Source of the DNA: Phycisphaeraceae bacterium | GTDB lineage: Bacteria; Planctomycetota; Phycisphaerae; Phycisphaerales; Phycisphaeraceae | Reading direction: 5' to 3' | Assembly (NCBI GenBank): GCA_963674705.1 | Contig: OY771506.1 | Span: 2,496,001-2,560,000 of the forward strand | Length of the DNA stretch: 64,000 nt | Shown: piece by piece, positions 9,557-19,645 of the stretch | How the letters are laid out: every line of letters starts with the position of its first letter | How positions within the stretch are numbered: the first letter of the stretch is position 1 | Translations under genes and position numbers: made by a program | Notes under the pieces: model-generated | Told to the model about the DNA's origin: nothing | The model's database searches: none | Seen by the model: only the letters and a program-made list of their open reading frames with translations

Positions 9557-10057
9557 ATGCCATCCGACGCCCATCTCTGGCAAACCTGGCAAGATGCCGC
9601 GGCGAATGAGCATGTAATCACCACGCTCAACCATCTGCTCGAACACATCGACCAGCAAGTCGCATTGTCCGGTTTCACCTGTCAACAGAGCGGCCGATGC
9701 TGCAAGTTTGAATCCTTCGGCCACCGGCTCTACATGTCCGGCCTCGAGATCGCCGCGTTCAAACTCCGGGCCGGGAATCCGGTTAAAGCTTCACAAACAG
9801 AAAGCATCCCGCTGCCCCAGTTCGATCCCAAACAGGATGGCTGCCCGTACCAGATCGACGGCCTGTGCAGCGTGCATCAGGTCCGTCCGTTCGCCTGCCG
9901 CGTGTTCTTCTGTCAGGAAGGCTCCGACGACTGGCAGTCACAGCAATACGAAGCCTTTCAAGAGAAGATCAAGAAGCTGCACGAAGAATACAGCATCCCA
10001 TACCGCTACCTGGAATGGCGGCAGGGCCTCGCCGACGCCAACAACCACGGCCTCTAA
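9557..10057 (+). CDS. YkgJ-like cysteine-cluster protein
   Basis: CQQSGRCC, GCPYQ, CSVHQVRPFACRVFFC. Confidence 0.82.
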   Translation: MPSDAHLWQTWQDAAANEHVITTLNHLLEHIDQQVALSGFTCQQSGRCCKFESFGHRLYMSGLEIAAFKLRAGNPVKASQTESIPLPQFDPKQDGCPYQIDGLCSVHQVRPFACRVFFCQEGSDDWQSQQYEAFQEKIKKLHEEYSIPYRYLEWRQGLADANNHGL

Positions 10058-10100
10058 AAAGCTGCCCGTGGCTTAGCGCTCTTGTTTTTCATTTGTTCCT

Positions 10101-10751
10101 TCACGCCCCATCTATCACTCGAAGTAATCCCATCGGCTCGTGAATCACAGCGTCCGCGCCGTTCTCATGCAGCGCCGATTCCGGGCGGAACCCCCACGTC
10201 ACACCCACGCTCAGCATCCCTGCCGCTTTGCCTGTGGCCATGTCCTCACCCGAATCCCCCACGAACACACACTGCTGCGGCTCGACGCCCATCAACTTGC
10301 AGATATCAATCGCCGCGGTCGGATCTGGCTTCAAGGGTACACCATCACGTTGGCCGAATACATGCTCAAACGGCCAGCGATTAAAGATTTGGCTCGACAG
10401 CTCCATTGTTGCCGGGTGTGGTTTATTACTAAGGATCGCCAGCCGCAATTCTCGTTCGACAAGCCCATCCAATAACTCGGGTATATCCGGGTACGGCCCC
10501 GTGTGATCGAACTTGTGATCGTTGTAATACGTCAGGAACAGCTTCAACGCTTCATCCAGGCCTGCACCTTCAAGGCCGGTCAGGCGGTTCAGCAGGACCC
10601 GCGCCCCGTTGCCCACCATTTTCTTACATTCGGGAACGGTGATCGGTTTTTTATCGTGCAATGTAACGACATGATTGCAGGCGCAGGTCAGGTCTTCCAG
10701 AGTATCCAGCAGGGTGCCGTCAAGATCGAAAAGGATAGCTTGGTACTTCAT
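10101..10751 (-). CDS. HAD-superfamily hydrolase (phosphoglycolate phosphatase-like)
   Basis: FDLDGTLLDT, LSNKP, KPDP, FVGDS.ED, VTWGFR. Confidence 0.9.
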   Translation of the reverse strand: MKYQAILFDLDGTLLDTLEDLTCACNHVVTLHDKKPITVPECKKMVGNGARVLLNRLTGLEGAGLDEALKLFLTYYNDHKFDHTGPYPDIPELLDGLVERELRLAILSNKPHPATMELSSQIFNRWPFEHVFGQRDGVPLKPDPTAAIDICKLMGVEPQQCVFVGDSGEDMATGKAAGMLSVGVTWGFRPESALHENGADAVIHEPMGLLRVIDGA

Positions 10752-10862
10752 ATCCCCGAGTGTAGCGAACATGATAAATCGATGCTTTTTTAAGCCTTTG
10801 GCGTTGCGGGTTCTTGCTATAGCGTTTATTGTTTAACGTTGGCTTGTCGAAGGATTTGGCGG

Positions 10863-11387
10863 ATGCGAACGAAAAACCCACACCCTGAACTGGACCCCGA
10901 AGTACGTGAGACGGTGGGCCAGGCGATGGGCCGGCTTCCCTCAGGTATCTTTGTCTTAACGGCGGCCTGTGGCGAGAAGCGGACCGGCATCATCGTCAGC
11001 TTCGTCCAGCAGGCCTGTATCAACCCGCCCATGGTCACTGTCGCCATCCGCAAGGGCCGGCCGATCATGCCCCTGATCAGTGAATCCCGGCAATTCGCCC
11101 TTTGCCAGCTTGCAGAAGACGATCGGCTGATGCTCCGTAAGTTTGCCAAGTTTAACAACGCCGCCGTCACCGAAGACCCGTTCCTCGGCTACGAACTGTT
11201 CGAAGGCACGCTCCCCAACCTGCCCATCCTCGCCAACACGCTTGCCTATCTGGAATGCGTCCTCGTCACCCATATGGATATCGAGGGCGATCACGACCTC
11301 TTTGTCGGCGCTGTCCGTGGCGGCGCCCTGCGGCAGAGCAGTACCCAGCCGCACATCCGCCTGCGGGATAATGGGCATGATTATTAA
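10863..11387 (+). CDS. Flavin reductase-like protein
   Basis: GRLPSGIFVLT, SFVQQ, PPMV, GDHDLFVG. Confidence 0.88.
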   Translation: MRTKNPHPELDPEVRETVGQAMGRLPSGIFVLTAACGEKRTGIIVSFVQQACINPPMVTVAIRKGRPIMPLISESRQFALCQLAEDDRLMLRKFAKFNNAAVTEDPFLGYELFEGTLPNLPILANTLAYLECVLVTHMDIEGDHDLFVGAVRGGALRQSSTQPHIRLRDNGHDY

Positions 11388-11401
11388 GTGGAGTATCGTG
11401 C

Positions 11402-11866
11402 GTGTCTGTTTCTGATCTGCAAGTACGTCTTGTCCCCATGCTCGCTTCGGACCTTGCTCGTGTTGCCGAGATGAATCAGCACCTGCAGGAAGATGAGGGC
11501 ACGGACATTATGACGATCGAACAGATCGAAGCGAGACTGCATCGCTGGATCGATTCCGGCTGGTACGGCGTTGTCCTGATCAAAAACGAAAAAGATGTCG
11601 TCGGTTATATCCTCTACGCTACCGAACCGCTTGAAAGCACTTCCATCTACATCCGCCAGCTTTTCATTGAGCGGGATCACCGCCGTAAAGGTTTCGGCGC
11701 CGCTGCCGTACAAGCCTTTGCCCGGGATCACATCGAACCGGGCCGGCCGATCGAGATCGATGTGCTGACGGTGAACGAATCGGGCCGGGCGTTCTGGGAA
11801 GCGATCGGCTTTCTGCCCTGCCATACACGGATGCGGCTGGACCGGGTAAACTCTGCGGATGGCTGA
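11402..11866 (+). CDS. GNAT family N-acetyltransferase
   Basis: IRQLFIERDHRRKGFG; N..G.AFWEAIGF. Confidence 0.85.
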   Translation: MSVSDLQVRLVPMLASDLARVAEMNQHLQEDEGTDIMTIEQIEARLHRWIDSGWYGVVLIKNEKDVVGYILYATEPLESTSIYIRQLFIERDHRRKGFGAAAVQAFARDHIEPGRPIEIDVLTVNESGRAFWEAIGFLPCHTRMRLDRVNSADG

Positions 11867-12647
11867 AGCCGAGGCAAAACCCGCCAACATCAAACGCTAC
11901 AAGCTGCTGATCGCTTACGACGGCTCCGCGTTTCACGGCTGGCAGAAACAGGAACCGCCGGACGCACCGCCGCTGCGCACCGTGCAGGGCGTCGTCCACG
12001 ACACCATCGTCCGCGTTTTGCGTCAGCCTATCTCGCTCATCGGTGCGAGCCGAACCGATGCGGGCGTCCACGCACGTGGCCAGGTCGCACACTTCGACGC
12101 CGACTCACCCGTCCCCCTCGAGCGTATGGCCCTGGCGATCAACAGCCGACTGCCCGACGATGTCGAAATCCGCAGCGTGGAAGAGGTCTCGCCCGACTTC
12201 GACGCCATCCAGCACGCAGTCACCAAGCAGTACACTTACACGATCCACAACTCCGACCATCGCCCGCTCGCGCTGCGGCACATCGTCTACCACTGCTGGT
12301 ACGACCTGGATGTCGACCGCATGAACGCCGCAGCCGCACGCCTCGTCGGCGAGCACGACTTCGAAGGCTTCAGCGCCGCAGGTCATGGCCGCGAGTCCAC
12401 CGTCCGCACCATCCACCGCTGCGATGTTTCGCGCAGCGGCGAGCAGGTCATCATCACCGTCGAAGGCAGCGGCTTCCTCTGGAACATGGTCCGCATCATC
12501 GCCGGCACTTTGGTGGAAGTAGGGCGAGGCTTGTTTGAGCACGAGCGTATCGACGAGATACTCGAAACCACAGACCGCCAGAAAGCCGGCCCAACCCTGC
12601 CACCGAACGGCTTGTGCCTGGAGTGGATTAAACATCGGAATTTATGA
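11859..12647 (+). CDS. truA: tRNA pseudouridine(38-40) synthase
   Basis: IAYDGSAFHGWQ, ASRTDAGVHA.GQ, GFLWNMVRII.G. Confidence 0.96.
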   Translation: MAEAEAKPANIKRYKLLIAYDGSAFHGWQKQEPPDAPPLRTVQGVVHDTIVRVLRQPISLIGASRTDAGVHARGQVAHFDADSPVPLERMALAINSRLPDDVEIRSVEEVSPDFDAIQHAVTKQYTYTIHNSDHRPLALRHIVYHCWYDLDVDRMNAAAARLVGEHDFEGFSAAGHGRESTVRTIHRCDVSRSGEQVIITVEGSGFLWNMVRIIAGTLVEVGRGLFEHERIDEILETTDRQKAGPTLPPNGLCLEWIKHRNL

Positions 12648-12744
12648 TTTAGGATTTATGATTTATGATCTACTTTACGAAAAACGTGATCAATGCGAGT
12701 AAATGTCCACAATATCATCAATCATAAATCACAAATCATAAATT
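12639..12744. repeat. Heptamer-repeat inverted-repeat element (TTTATGA)n..(TCATAAA)n
   Basis: aatttatgatttaggatttatgatttatgat and atcataaatcacaaatcataaatt; the truA stop codon lies in the left arm. Confidence 0.85.
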
Positions 12745-12750
12745 CTTCCC

Positions 12751-13908
12751 ATGCGCATCCTCCACATCATCACGCGCCTCATCCAAGGCGGAGCACAACA
12801 GAACACCGTGCTCAGTTGTGCGGCACAGGTGAAGGTGGGCCACGAAGTGCACCTCGCCTACGGCCCGATCTACGGCCCCGAAGGTTCACTGCTCGAAGAA
12901 GCCGAAGCAAGCGGCGCGACACTGCACGAGATTGCATCAATGCGCCGGGCGATCAATCCCTGGCACGACATCCGCTGCTGCTACGCGCTGCGGAAACTCA
13001 TCCGTGATGTGGAACCGGACATCGTCCACACCCATTCAAGCAAAGCCGGTATCATCGGCCGTGCAGCAGCTTGGGCCGAGAATACACCTGTCGTACTCCA
13101 CACGGTCCACGGCCTGCCGTTTCACGATTATCAACCGAAGTGGGTGTATAAGCTCTATGTCGGCCTGGAAAAATGGGCTTCTAAACGTTGTCACCATCTT
13201 GTCGCAATCACACCGGCCATGGTCGATGCGTTCTGCGAAGAAGGCATCGCGGACAAAGATCGTTTCACCGTCATTCATAGCGGCATCGTCATCGAAGACT
13301 TCCAGCCGATGCTTGACTATATCCCGATCCTGCTTGATGAACTCGATATCCCAAGACACTCAACCATCATCGGGATCGTTGCTCGTCTCGACAAACTCAA
13401 AGGGCATCATGACCTCATCGAGATATATAGGCAGTTAATAGAGTATATCCCGAACTGTAAGCTGCTTTTTGTGGGTGACGGCAACGACTTCAACGATGAT
13501 TCGCGGGGGCAAATCGAAGTACATGCGGGCGGTATCACGATGACCGGGCTTGTGCCTCACGATAAGATCAGCCGGTACTACTCGCTGATGGATGTATGTG
13601 TATTACCCTCCTATCAGGAGGGCCAAAGCCGCGTCTTAGCAGAAGCCCTGCTCTGTGGCTGCGGCATCGTCGCCTACAACGTCGGCGGCATCCCATCCAT
13701 CTGCATCGACGGCGAAACTGGCAAACTCGTCCCCGTCGGCGACAAGCAGGCCCTCGCTGATGCCATCGTCTGGATGATCCGGCACCCAGACCAGCGTCGG
13801 CTCATGACCGCCAAGGGCCAGAAACTCGTCCGCGAAAAATTCAGCGCCGACCACATGACACGGGAATTAGAATCGCTGTACCTACGTTTATTGAAAGACA
13901 AACAATAA
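12751..13908 (+). CDS. Glycosyltransferase family 4
   Basis: HIITRLIQGGAQ, VHTHSSKAG, KGH, LPSYQEG..VLAEAL. Confidence 0.92.
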   Translation: MRILHIITRLIQGGAQQNTVLSCAAQVKVGHEVHLAYGPIYGPEGSLLEEAEASGATLHEIASMRRAINPWHDIRCCYALRKLIRDVEPDIVHTHSSKAGIIGRAAAWAENTPVVLHTVHGLPFHDYQPKWVYKLYVGLEKWASKRCHHLVAITPAMVDAFCEEGIADKDRFTVIHSGIVIEDFQPMLDYIPILLDELDIPRHSTIIGIVARLDKLKGHHDLIEIYRQLIEYIPNCKLLFVGDGNDFNDDSRGQIEVHAGGITMTGLVPHDKISRYYSLMDVCVLPSYQEGQSRVLAEALLCGCGIVAYNVGGIPSICIDGETGKLVPVGDKQALADAIVWMIRHPDQRRLMTAKGQKLVREKFSADHMTRELESLYLRLLKDKQ

Positions 13909-13991
13909 GCCGCTAAAGAATGCGAATATACGCGAATGAGGACTACACAATTTCACGCCGTATTCGCGTCCATTGGCGTCCATTCGCGGCT
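13908..13991. repeat. Short inverted-repeat element, same family as 2776-3037
   Basis: agccgctaaagaatgcgaatatacgcgaat..attcgcgtccattggcgtccattcgcggct. Confidence 0.8.
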
Positions 13992-14032
13992 AACATACTT
14001 CGCGCCTTCGCAGTTAATCAGGATTTATTCAC

Positions 14033-14716
14033 ATGGCTAACATACTCGTAGTAGGCCCGCACCCCGACGATCAGGAACTGGGCATGGGCGGCACGATCAT
14101 CCGGCTCGCCAAGCAGGGGCACAACGTCCTGCTGCTCGATGCGACCAATGGCGAACCCACGCCCTACGGCACCCCCGAGCAGCGCGAAAAGGAATGGACC
14201 GAGGCTGCGAAGATCATGGGCGTCAAACGCCAACTGCTCGGCCTGAAAAACCGTGAAGTGCAACACACCATCGAAGCCCGTCACAAGATGGCAGGCGTCA
14301 TCCGTCAGCACCAGGCGCAGATCATCTTCCTGCCGTTCGAGGAAGATGCCCACCCCGACCATCGCGCTGTAACGCGCATCGTCGAAGATGCACGCTTCGA
14401 TGCCAAACTCACCAAGACCGACATCCCCGGCGAGCCGATCTACCCCAAATGGCTCATCTACTATTACTGCACCCACCTGCGCTGGGTCGCCAACCCGACG
14501 TTCTGCCTCGACATCTCCGATGAGATGGACGACAAGGAACGCGCGATCAAGGCCTACCACACCCAGTTCGTCGTCCCCGAAAAGAACCGTCGCGTCGTCG
14601 AATTCGTCCGCGAACTCAACGGCTACATGGGCTCCCGCATCGGCGCCCGCTACGCCGAACCGTTCTTCACCAAAGAACCTCTGGGACTAAACGCGATCGA
14701 TGGCTTAGTGATGTAA
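14033..14716 (+). CDS. bshB1: PIG-L/LmbE deacetylase, BshB1-like
   Basis: HPDD.ELGMGGT, TNGEP, HPDH, K..AIKAYHTQF, G.RIGARYAEPF. Confidence 0.75.
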   Translation: MANILVVGPHPDDQELGMGGTIIRLAKQGHNVLLLDATNGEPTPYGTPEQREKEWTEAAKIMGVKRQLLGLKNREVQHTIEARHKMAGVIRQHQAQIIFLPFEEDAHPDHRAVTRIVEDARFDAKLTKTDIPGEPIYPKWLIYYYCTHLRWVANPTFCLDISDEMDDKERAIKAYHTQFVVPEKNRRVVEFVRELNGYMGSRIGARYAEPFFTKEPLGLNAIDGLVM

Positions 14717-14725
14717 AAGTTGCTG

Positions 14726-14845
14726 ACTCCCTATCCCCTCGGGAGAGGGCCGGGGTGAGGGCCGTTTGTCATCTTATGATCGGATTCAACAAGATCGCAT
14801 TTTCAACCCGGCCCTCATCTAACCTTCTCCCTAGGGGGGAAGGGA
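14726..14845. repeat. Inverted pair of REP-like palindromes between convergent genes
   Basis: actccctatcccctcgggagagggccggggtgagggcc..ggccctcatctaaccttctccctagggggaaggga. Confidence 0.8.
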
Positions 14846-14852
14846 TAAGAAT

Positions 14853-16067
14853 TCACCGATACTCAATATCCTGCACCAGGTTCCCGTCGTTGTCGCGGGT
14901 CCAGACGAGGGTCGGCTCGGGGCGCAGGCCGGTGGCGGTGATGCGGGCGGGTAGATCGTCGCGCGCCGGTTCGAGCAGGCGGAACAGGCCGTTGGTGCCG
15001 TTGTTCCGTTCGTAACGATAAAGCTGCGGGTCCTGGGCATCCATCTCAATTGTGATGCCATGCGACTTACGCGTCAGCACGAAGTGCCTGGCTTGCAGCG
15101 TGTCTCGCAATTGGTTCAACGATCGCGGCGTCTGTTCGCCGTTCTGATAGATGTACCGTAGCGCTTCGCCGAGGAACTCCATACGTGTCGCAGCCTGATT
15201 GATCGGGTCAGGCGTCTGCTCCGATGCGAAACTCCGCCATCGCTTTTCAAGCCCATCCAGTTCAGAGCTGCCGAACGCTTCGCGGTACGCCGTCGGGCTG
15301 TCTCTTCCCGTCCCGACCTTACGCAGGTACGTCCCGAATGCAGACTGATACTTCTGGTCGTCGCCGTGGATCAGGAAGTAGACGATCGACCAGGATTGTG
15401 CGTAGAGGATCGCCGCCTTGTCCGGGTCCGATCTTAGTGCATTAGACCAGTCATCGGGCACAGTCTCGACCAGTTCTTCAACTCGAAACGCGTTGCCTTC
15501 CTTCAGCGCCAGTTTCACTTGCTCGACCCGGCGGGCATTGGCAAGCCCCGTCGTCATCTTGTCCTCAACGATGATCGCATCTTCAAAATATTGTGCGAGC
15601 CCTTCGTTGATCCACGTCGGCAGCGTCTGCCCGATGTAGTTGAACGCGAACTGGTGGAACCCCTCGTGCTGCATCACCTGGAACGTCTGGCTTCGGCTTC
15701 GCCCCTGCGTCCATGTCGCCAGCCCCTGTCCCTTCGGCGAGAAGAAGAACATCCCGCCGGTGTTCGTCGCGTCGATGTCCTGCGTCTTCATGAAGTCATG
15801 GTACTGCTGCTCCGTGCGGAACAGGTACAACGGCATGTAAGGCTTGCCCCGCGCATTAAAGTCGCGGAACCGTGCCTCATACTGATCGAAAACCGTATCC
15901 ATGTGCTTGCCGAACTCACGCACCTCGTCGCGCGTCAGGTTCGTGTGGATGTGGTAAGACTTGCTGCGGAACTGCTGCAACTGCAGGACATCCGCATGCG
16001 TTGTGGCCGTGAATAGACAGGCCAACAACACCCACGCCGTCATGAGTATGTGGATTCTCCCGTTCAT
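14853..16067 (-). CDS. Secreted DUF1570-like HExxH metallopeptidase
   Basis: Signal peptide; QHEGFHQF..WINEGLAQYFE; YAQSWSIVYFL. Confidence 0.75.
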   Translation of the reverse strand: MNGRIHILMTAWVLLACLFTATTHADVLQLQQFRSKSYHIHTNLTRDEVREFGKHMDTVFDQYEARFRDFNARGKPYMPLYLFRTEQQYHDFMKTQDIDATNTGGMFFFSPKGQGLATWTQGRSRSQTFQVMQHEGFHQFAFNYIGQTLPTWINEGLAQYFEDAIIVEDKMTTGLANARRVEQVKLALKEGNAFRVEELVETVPDDWSNALRSDPDKAAILYAQSWSIVYFLIHGDDQKYQSAFGTYLRKVGTGRDSPTAYREAFGSSELDGLEKRWRSFASEQTPDPINQAATRMEFLGEALRYIYQNGEQTPRSLNQLRDTLQARHFVLTRKSHGITIEMDAQDPQLYRYERNNGTNGLFRLLEPARDDLPARITATGLRPEPTLVWTRDNDGNLVQDIEYR

Positions 16068-16143
16068 GCCGTACTTCGTACTAAAGTGGTTCTGCGCCGA
16101 CACCATCCGGAACACACCGAAGCTAAAACCATGTTCAGGTACG

Positions 16144-17025
16144 CTACTTGCCGGCGTAGTCGATGATTCGGCTGATCTCGCTTCGCATCGCATGCCGATG
16201 CACGACACGGTCAACAAAGCCCTTCTCCTGAAGGAACTCCGCTCGCTGGAAGCCTTCCGGCAAATCCTGACGAACCGTATTCGCGATCACGCGCGGCCCG
16301 GCAAAGCCGATCAACGCTTCACGCTCCGCCAGGATCACATCGCCCAGCATTGCGAAGCTCGCCGTCACACCACCGGTCGTCGGGTCGGTAAGTACGCTGA
16401 TAAACAGCCCACCCGCATCGTCCAGCCTCGCCAGCGCCGCAGACGTCTTGCTCATCTGCATCAGCGACAGCGCCGATTCCTGCATACGAGCGCCGCCGGA
16501 CGTGCTGACGATAATCACAGGCCGATCAGTTTCGATGCCCAGCTCGATCGTGCGTGTGATCTTCTCACCGACCACAGCACCCATCGATGCCATCATGAAC
16601 CGGTTATCCATCACCGCCAGCGCAACGCCACGACCCTTGATAAAGGCCTTACCGCATTGCACCGCGTCCTTCTGACCGGTTTTAGTCTGTTCGCCTACCA
16701 GACGGTCCTTGTACGGGATGCGGTCGACGAACCTCAGCGTGTCGCGGGGTGTCAGGTTTTCCCACATCGGCTCGAAGCTGCCGGGGTCGCACAACTGCTC
16801 GATACGCTGGATTGCATCCAAGCGATAGTGATAATCACAGTCCGGGCAGACGTGCATATTCTGCGCGACCTGCTTGGCATAAAGCATCGCTTCGCAGTTG
16901 GGGCAGCGCTTCCACAGCCCCTCGGGGACGCCCGTGGCCTTGCCGTTTGTTTCCTGCTTCTGGTCCAGCCAACTGCGGTCACCAGTCGGGGTGGCGCTGA
17001 CCTGCACGGGCTGTTTAGGTAGCAT
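16144..17025 (-). CDS. accD: Acetyl-CoA carboxylase carboxyltransferase beta subunit
   Basis: GLWKRCPNC..CPDC zinc finger, SMG.VVGEK, SGGARMQE, PTTGGVTASF, GFAGPRVI; start uncertain. Confidence 0.95.
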   Translation of the reverse strand: MLPKQPVQVSATPTGDRSWLDQKQETNGKATGVPEGLWKRCPNCEAMLYAKQVAQNMHVCPDCDYHYRLDAIQRIEQLCDPGSFEPMWENLTPRDTLRFVDRIPYKDRLVGEQTKTGQKDAVQCGKAFIKGRGVALAVMDNRFMMASMGAVVGEKITRTIELGIETDRPVIIVSTSGGARMQESALSLMQMSKTSAALARLDDAGGLFISVLTDPTTGGVTASFAMLGDVILAEREALIGFAGPRVIANTVRQDLPEGFQRAEFLQEKGFVDRVVHRHAMRSEISRIIDYAGK

Positions 17026-17143
17026 CGTTGCTTTCAATTTATCTTCCGTCAAAATGGATCCCTTCATGGGCCCTGTTACCAATAACCCCGCCGCGGCGGG
17101 GTGTGAGAATTATATCGGCAAATAACCACGGGATACACCAGCT

Positions 17144-17956
17144 ATGAAAATCGTTCGTTTTTTAGATGATGGCAATAAACTACATTATGGCATAGATTTA
17201 GGCGATGGGTCCGCAAAAGTTATCCACAGCGACCCCCTCTCAGAACCCCCAAAAACAACCGGCATAACCGCTACCATCGGGCGCAGATTAGCACCCATCC
17301 AGCCCGTCAACATCCTCTGCATCGGCCGTAACTACCTCGAGCACGCCAAGGAGTTCGATGGCGGGGGGGCTCCGCAGCGACCGATCCTTTTTATGAAACC
17401 CACCTCCACGCTCAACCATCCCGGCGAGCCTATCCGTCTGCCAGCCTGTTCTCCCCAGCCCGAAGTCGACTTTGAGGGAGAGTTGGCCGTCGTCATTGGC
17501 ACAGCGGGTAAGAACATCCCACGCGAAAAGGCACTCGACCACGTCCTCGGTTACACCGTCGGCCACGATGTCTCCGCCCGATGGTGGCAACACCATGGTG
17601 GGGGAGGGCAGTGGGTCCGAGGTAAAGGTTTCGACACCTTCTGCCCGCTCGGTCCGGTCCTCGTCACCGCAGACGAAGTCCCCGACCCGCACAACCTCAA
17701 CCTCACCACCACGCTCAACGGCAAGGTCATGCAGCAGGGCAACACCAAGGACCTCATATTCCCCATCGATGAATTGATAGCCTTCCTCAGCCAGGACACC
17801 ACCCTCCTGCCCGGCACCGTCATCCTCACCGGCACCCCCTCCGGCGTAGGCGGCGCACGCAAACCCCCCGTCTTCCTGAAGCCCGGCGACGAAGTCACAA
17901 TCGAAGTCGAAAACATAGGCAAACTCACCAACCCAGTCATCGCCGCAGACGCATGA
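17144..17956 (+). CDS. Fumarylacetoacetate hydrolase family protein
   Basis: IGRNY.EH, DFEGEL, DVSAR, KGFDTFCPLGP, TGTPSGVG. Confidence 0.93.
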   Translation: MKIVRFLDDGNKLHYGIDLGDGSAKVIHSDPLSEPPKTTGITATIGRRLAPIQPVNILCIGRNYLEHAKEFDGGGAPQRPILFMKPTSTLNHPGEPIRLPACSPQPEVDFEGELAVVIGTAGKNIPREKALDHVLGYTVGHDVSARWWQHHGGGGQWVRGKGFDTFCPLGPVLVTADEVPDPHNLNLTTTLNGKVMQQGNTKDLIFPIDELIAFLSQDTTLLPGTVILTGTPSGVGGARKPPVFLKPGDEVTIEVENIGKLTNPVIAADA

Positions 17957-17972
17957 CCAACTGACCCCCCCC

Positions 17973-18008
17973 GAAGCCCACGTTCGCCGAACGTGGGCTT
18001 CTTCATTT
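17973..18008 (+). terminator. Hairpin terminator after the FAH gene
   Basis: gaagcccacgttc-gcc-gaacgtgggcttc followed by ttcattt. Confidence 0.65.
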
Positions 18009-18023
18009 GTCTACTCATATGAA

Positions 18024-18341
18024 ATGACCACCTCTCCCGAACAATTCATCTCCGAACCCATCACCCCCGTCCCGGGCACGTTCGACCCGCGCGGGATCGC
18101 CCAGGGCGAACCGGGCTTACCCACACGCTTCACATGGCGCGGCGAAGAATATACGGTCGACGAAGTCCTTACCGTCTGGAAGACCAGCACCCCCGAAGGC
18201 GGCAGCGGCGAGGTCTATCTCCGCCGACACTGGTGGGAACTGCGCACCACCACCGGCCACATTATGAAGATCTACTTCGAAAGACAAAAGAAACACAAGA
18301 ACGCCAAGAACCGCTGGTTTGTGTATACAGTCAGGGGATGA
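18024..18341 (+). CDS. Small conserved protein (DUF6504-like)
   Basis: EPGLP.RFTWRG.EY.V..VL..WK..YLRRHWW pattern. Confidence 0.65.
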   Translation: MTTSPEQFISEPITPVPGTFDPRGIAQGEPGLPTRFTWRGEEYTVDEVLTVWKTSTPEGGSGEVYLRRHWWELRTTTGHIMKIYFERQKKHKNAKNRWFVYTVRG

Positions 18342-18343
18342 AG

Positions 18344-18420
18344 TGCAATGTTCGATCTTCAATGTTTGATGTTCAATCTGCAACAAATACATTGAACATC
18401 GCACATTGAACATTCAACAT
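18344..18420. repeat. Heptamer-repeat inverted-repeat element (aatgttc)n..(gaacatt)n
   Basis: tgcaatgttcgatcttcaatgtttgatgttcaat..attgaacatcgcacattgaacattcaacat between convergent genes. Confidence 0.8.
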
Positions 18421-18950
18421 CACTCAATAGCCCCGATCATCCCTTCCCCCGTCTCCGCATCGATCGTGATCGTGATGCTTGCCCCGTCGCAGCCCAACGT
18501 GATCGTCGCATCGGTTGCCTGATCCAGTCCGCCGTAGACATCGAAGCCTAGTTCGTCATCACCGTCAAGGCTATAGCTGTCGATGGTCACGCCTTCGAGG
18601 CTCTTGGCTGTACCGTTGCCGTAGTCGATCAGGTATGCCTGACCGTTGATCGGATTGGTGATCGGCGTTGTTGTATCACTTTCCGCAGCGATATAGTAGG
18701 TATCGTCGTCATTATCAAAGACCAGCACGCGCTTATCATCGCCATGCGCGACTGTTTCGATCTGAGTAAACGATACATCTGCAACAAGCATGCCCGCAGC
18801 GCCGCGCAGTTTGCTGCCCGATGTCTCACCGAGCATCGGCACCACCAGCGCCGCAGCGATCGCGATGATCGACACGACGATCATCATCTCGATCAGCGTA
18901 AACCCCGCCGGGTTTCTACGCGCGCGGATTGATTCGGTAATTTGCCTCAC
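18420..18950 (-). CDS. Prepilin-type protein (FimU/GspH-like)
   Basis: GFTLIEMMIVVSII class III signal. Confidence 0.88.
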   Translation of the reverse strand: MRQITESIRARRNPAGFTLIEMMIVVSIIAIAAALVVPMLGETSGSKLRGAAGMLVADVSFTQIETVAHGDDKRVLVFDNDDDTYYIAAESDTTTPITNPINGQAYLIDYGNGTAKSLEGVTIDSYSLDGDDELGFDVYGGLDQATDATITLGCDGASITITIDAETGEGMIGAIE

Positions 18951-19132
18951 TTAGCTCACTCATCGGTCTGTTTTGGCATCTTATTTGGCACCAAGGCAAG
19001 ACAACCCGGACCGATAACACATCCGAAAGCCGGTTGGACCATTAAGTAGCCCCTGACTCATGACGAAGTAAAAGGTGGTACCGCGCATAAGGTCTGCGCG
19101 GTTGGTTCTGGTTTTCAAAGCAGGAGTGGGAG

Positions 19133-19645
19133 ATGGCGTCCCGGCAAGCGGTTCGGTCCAGGCAGGCCGCCGGCTTAACCCTGATGGAAGTGATGTTCGC
19201 CCTGCTGGTGCTCAGCTTCGCTGTCGCCGCGCTCACGCAGGCTATCGTCTCAGGCCAGTCCCATACCTACGAAGCCATGCACGCCTCCCGCGCGATCACG
19301 CTCGCCGAGGCCATGATCGATGAAGTCCTCTCCAAGCCCTACATTGATCCCGACGGCCACATCACCGCCGGGCCTGACAGCGGCGAATCCAAACGTGACA
19401 AGTTCGATTGTTCCGACGACTACGACGGTTACTTCGAAGACTTCGGCGATGTCGAAGACCAGGCCGGCGATACCTACCCCGATCTCTACCAGCAGTTCAG
19501 CAGAAGCGTCACCGTCGACTACGTCACCGAAAACCTGCCCGATCTTGGCGGCGATCACAACGGCATGTCCGTCACCGTCACCATCACCGACACGAACGGC
19601 CGCACCTGGACCCTCTCCCGATTCATCCAGGAGCCCACATCATGA
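19133..19645 (+). CDS. Prepilin-type protein (PilV-like)
   Basis: GLTLMEVMFALLVL; A..LAE.MIDE. Confidence 0.85.
   Translation: MASRQAVRSRQAAGLTLMEVMFALLVLSFAVAALTQAIVSGQSHTYEAMHASRAITLAEAMIDEVLSKPYIDPDGHITAGPDSGESKRDKFDCSDDYDGYFEDFGDVEDQAGDTYPDLYQQFSRSVTVDYVTENLPDLGGDHNGMSVTVTITDTNGRTWTLSRFIQEPTS

Noticed and set aside
13080..13620. Lower-GC middle of the GT4 gene as a mosaic
   Set aside because: The shift is modest and its boundaries are unclear by eye
18974..18990. sigma54-like TGGCAT..TTGG between the divergent pilin genes
   Set aside because: The -12 element reads GG instead of GC; too weak to call
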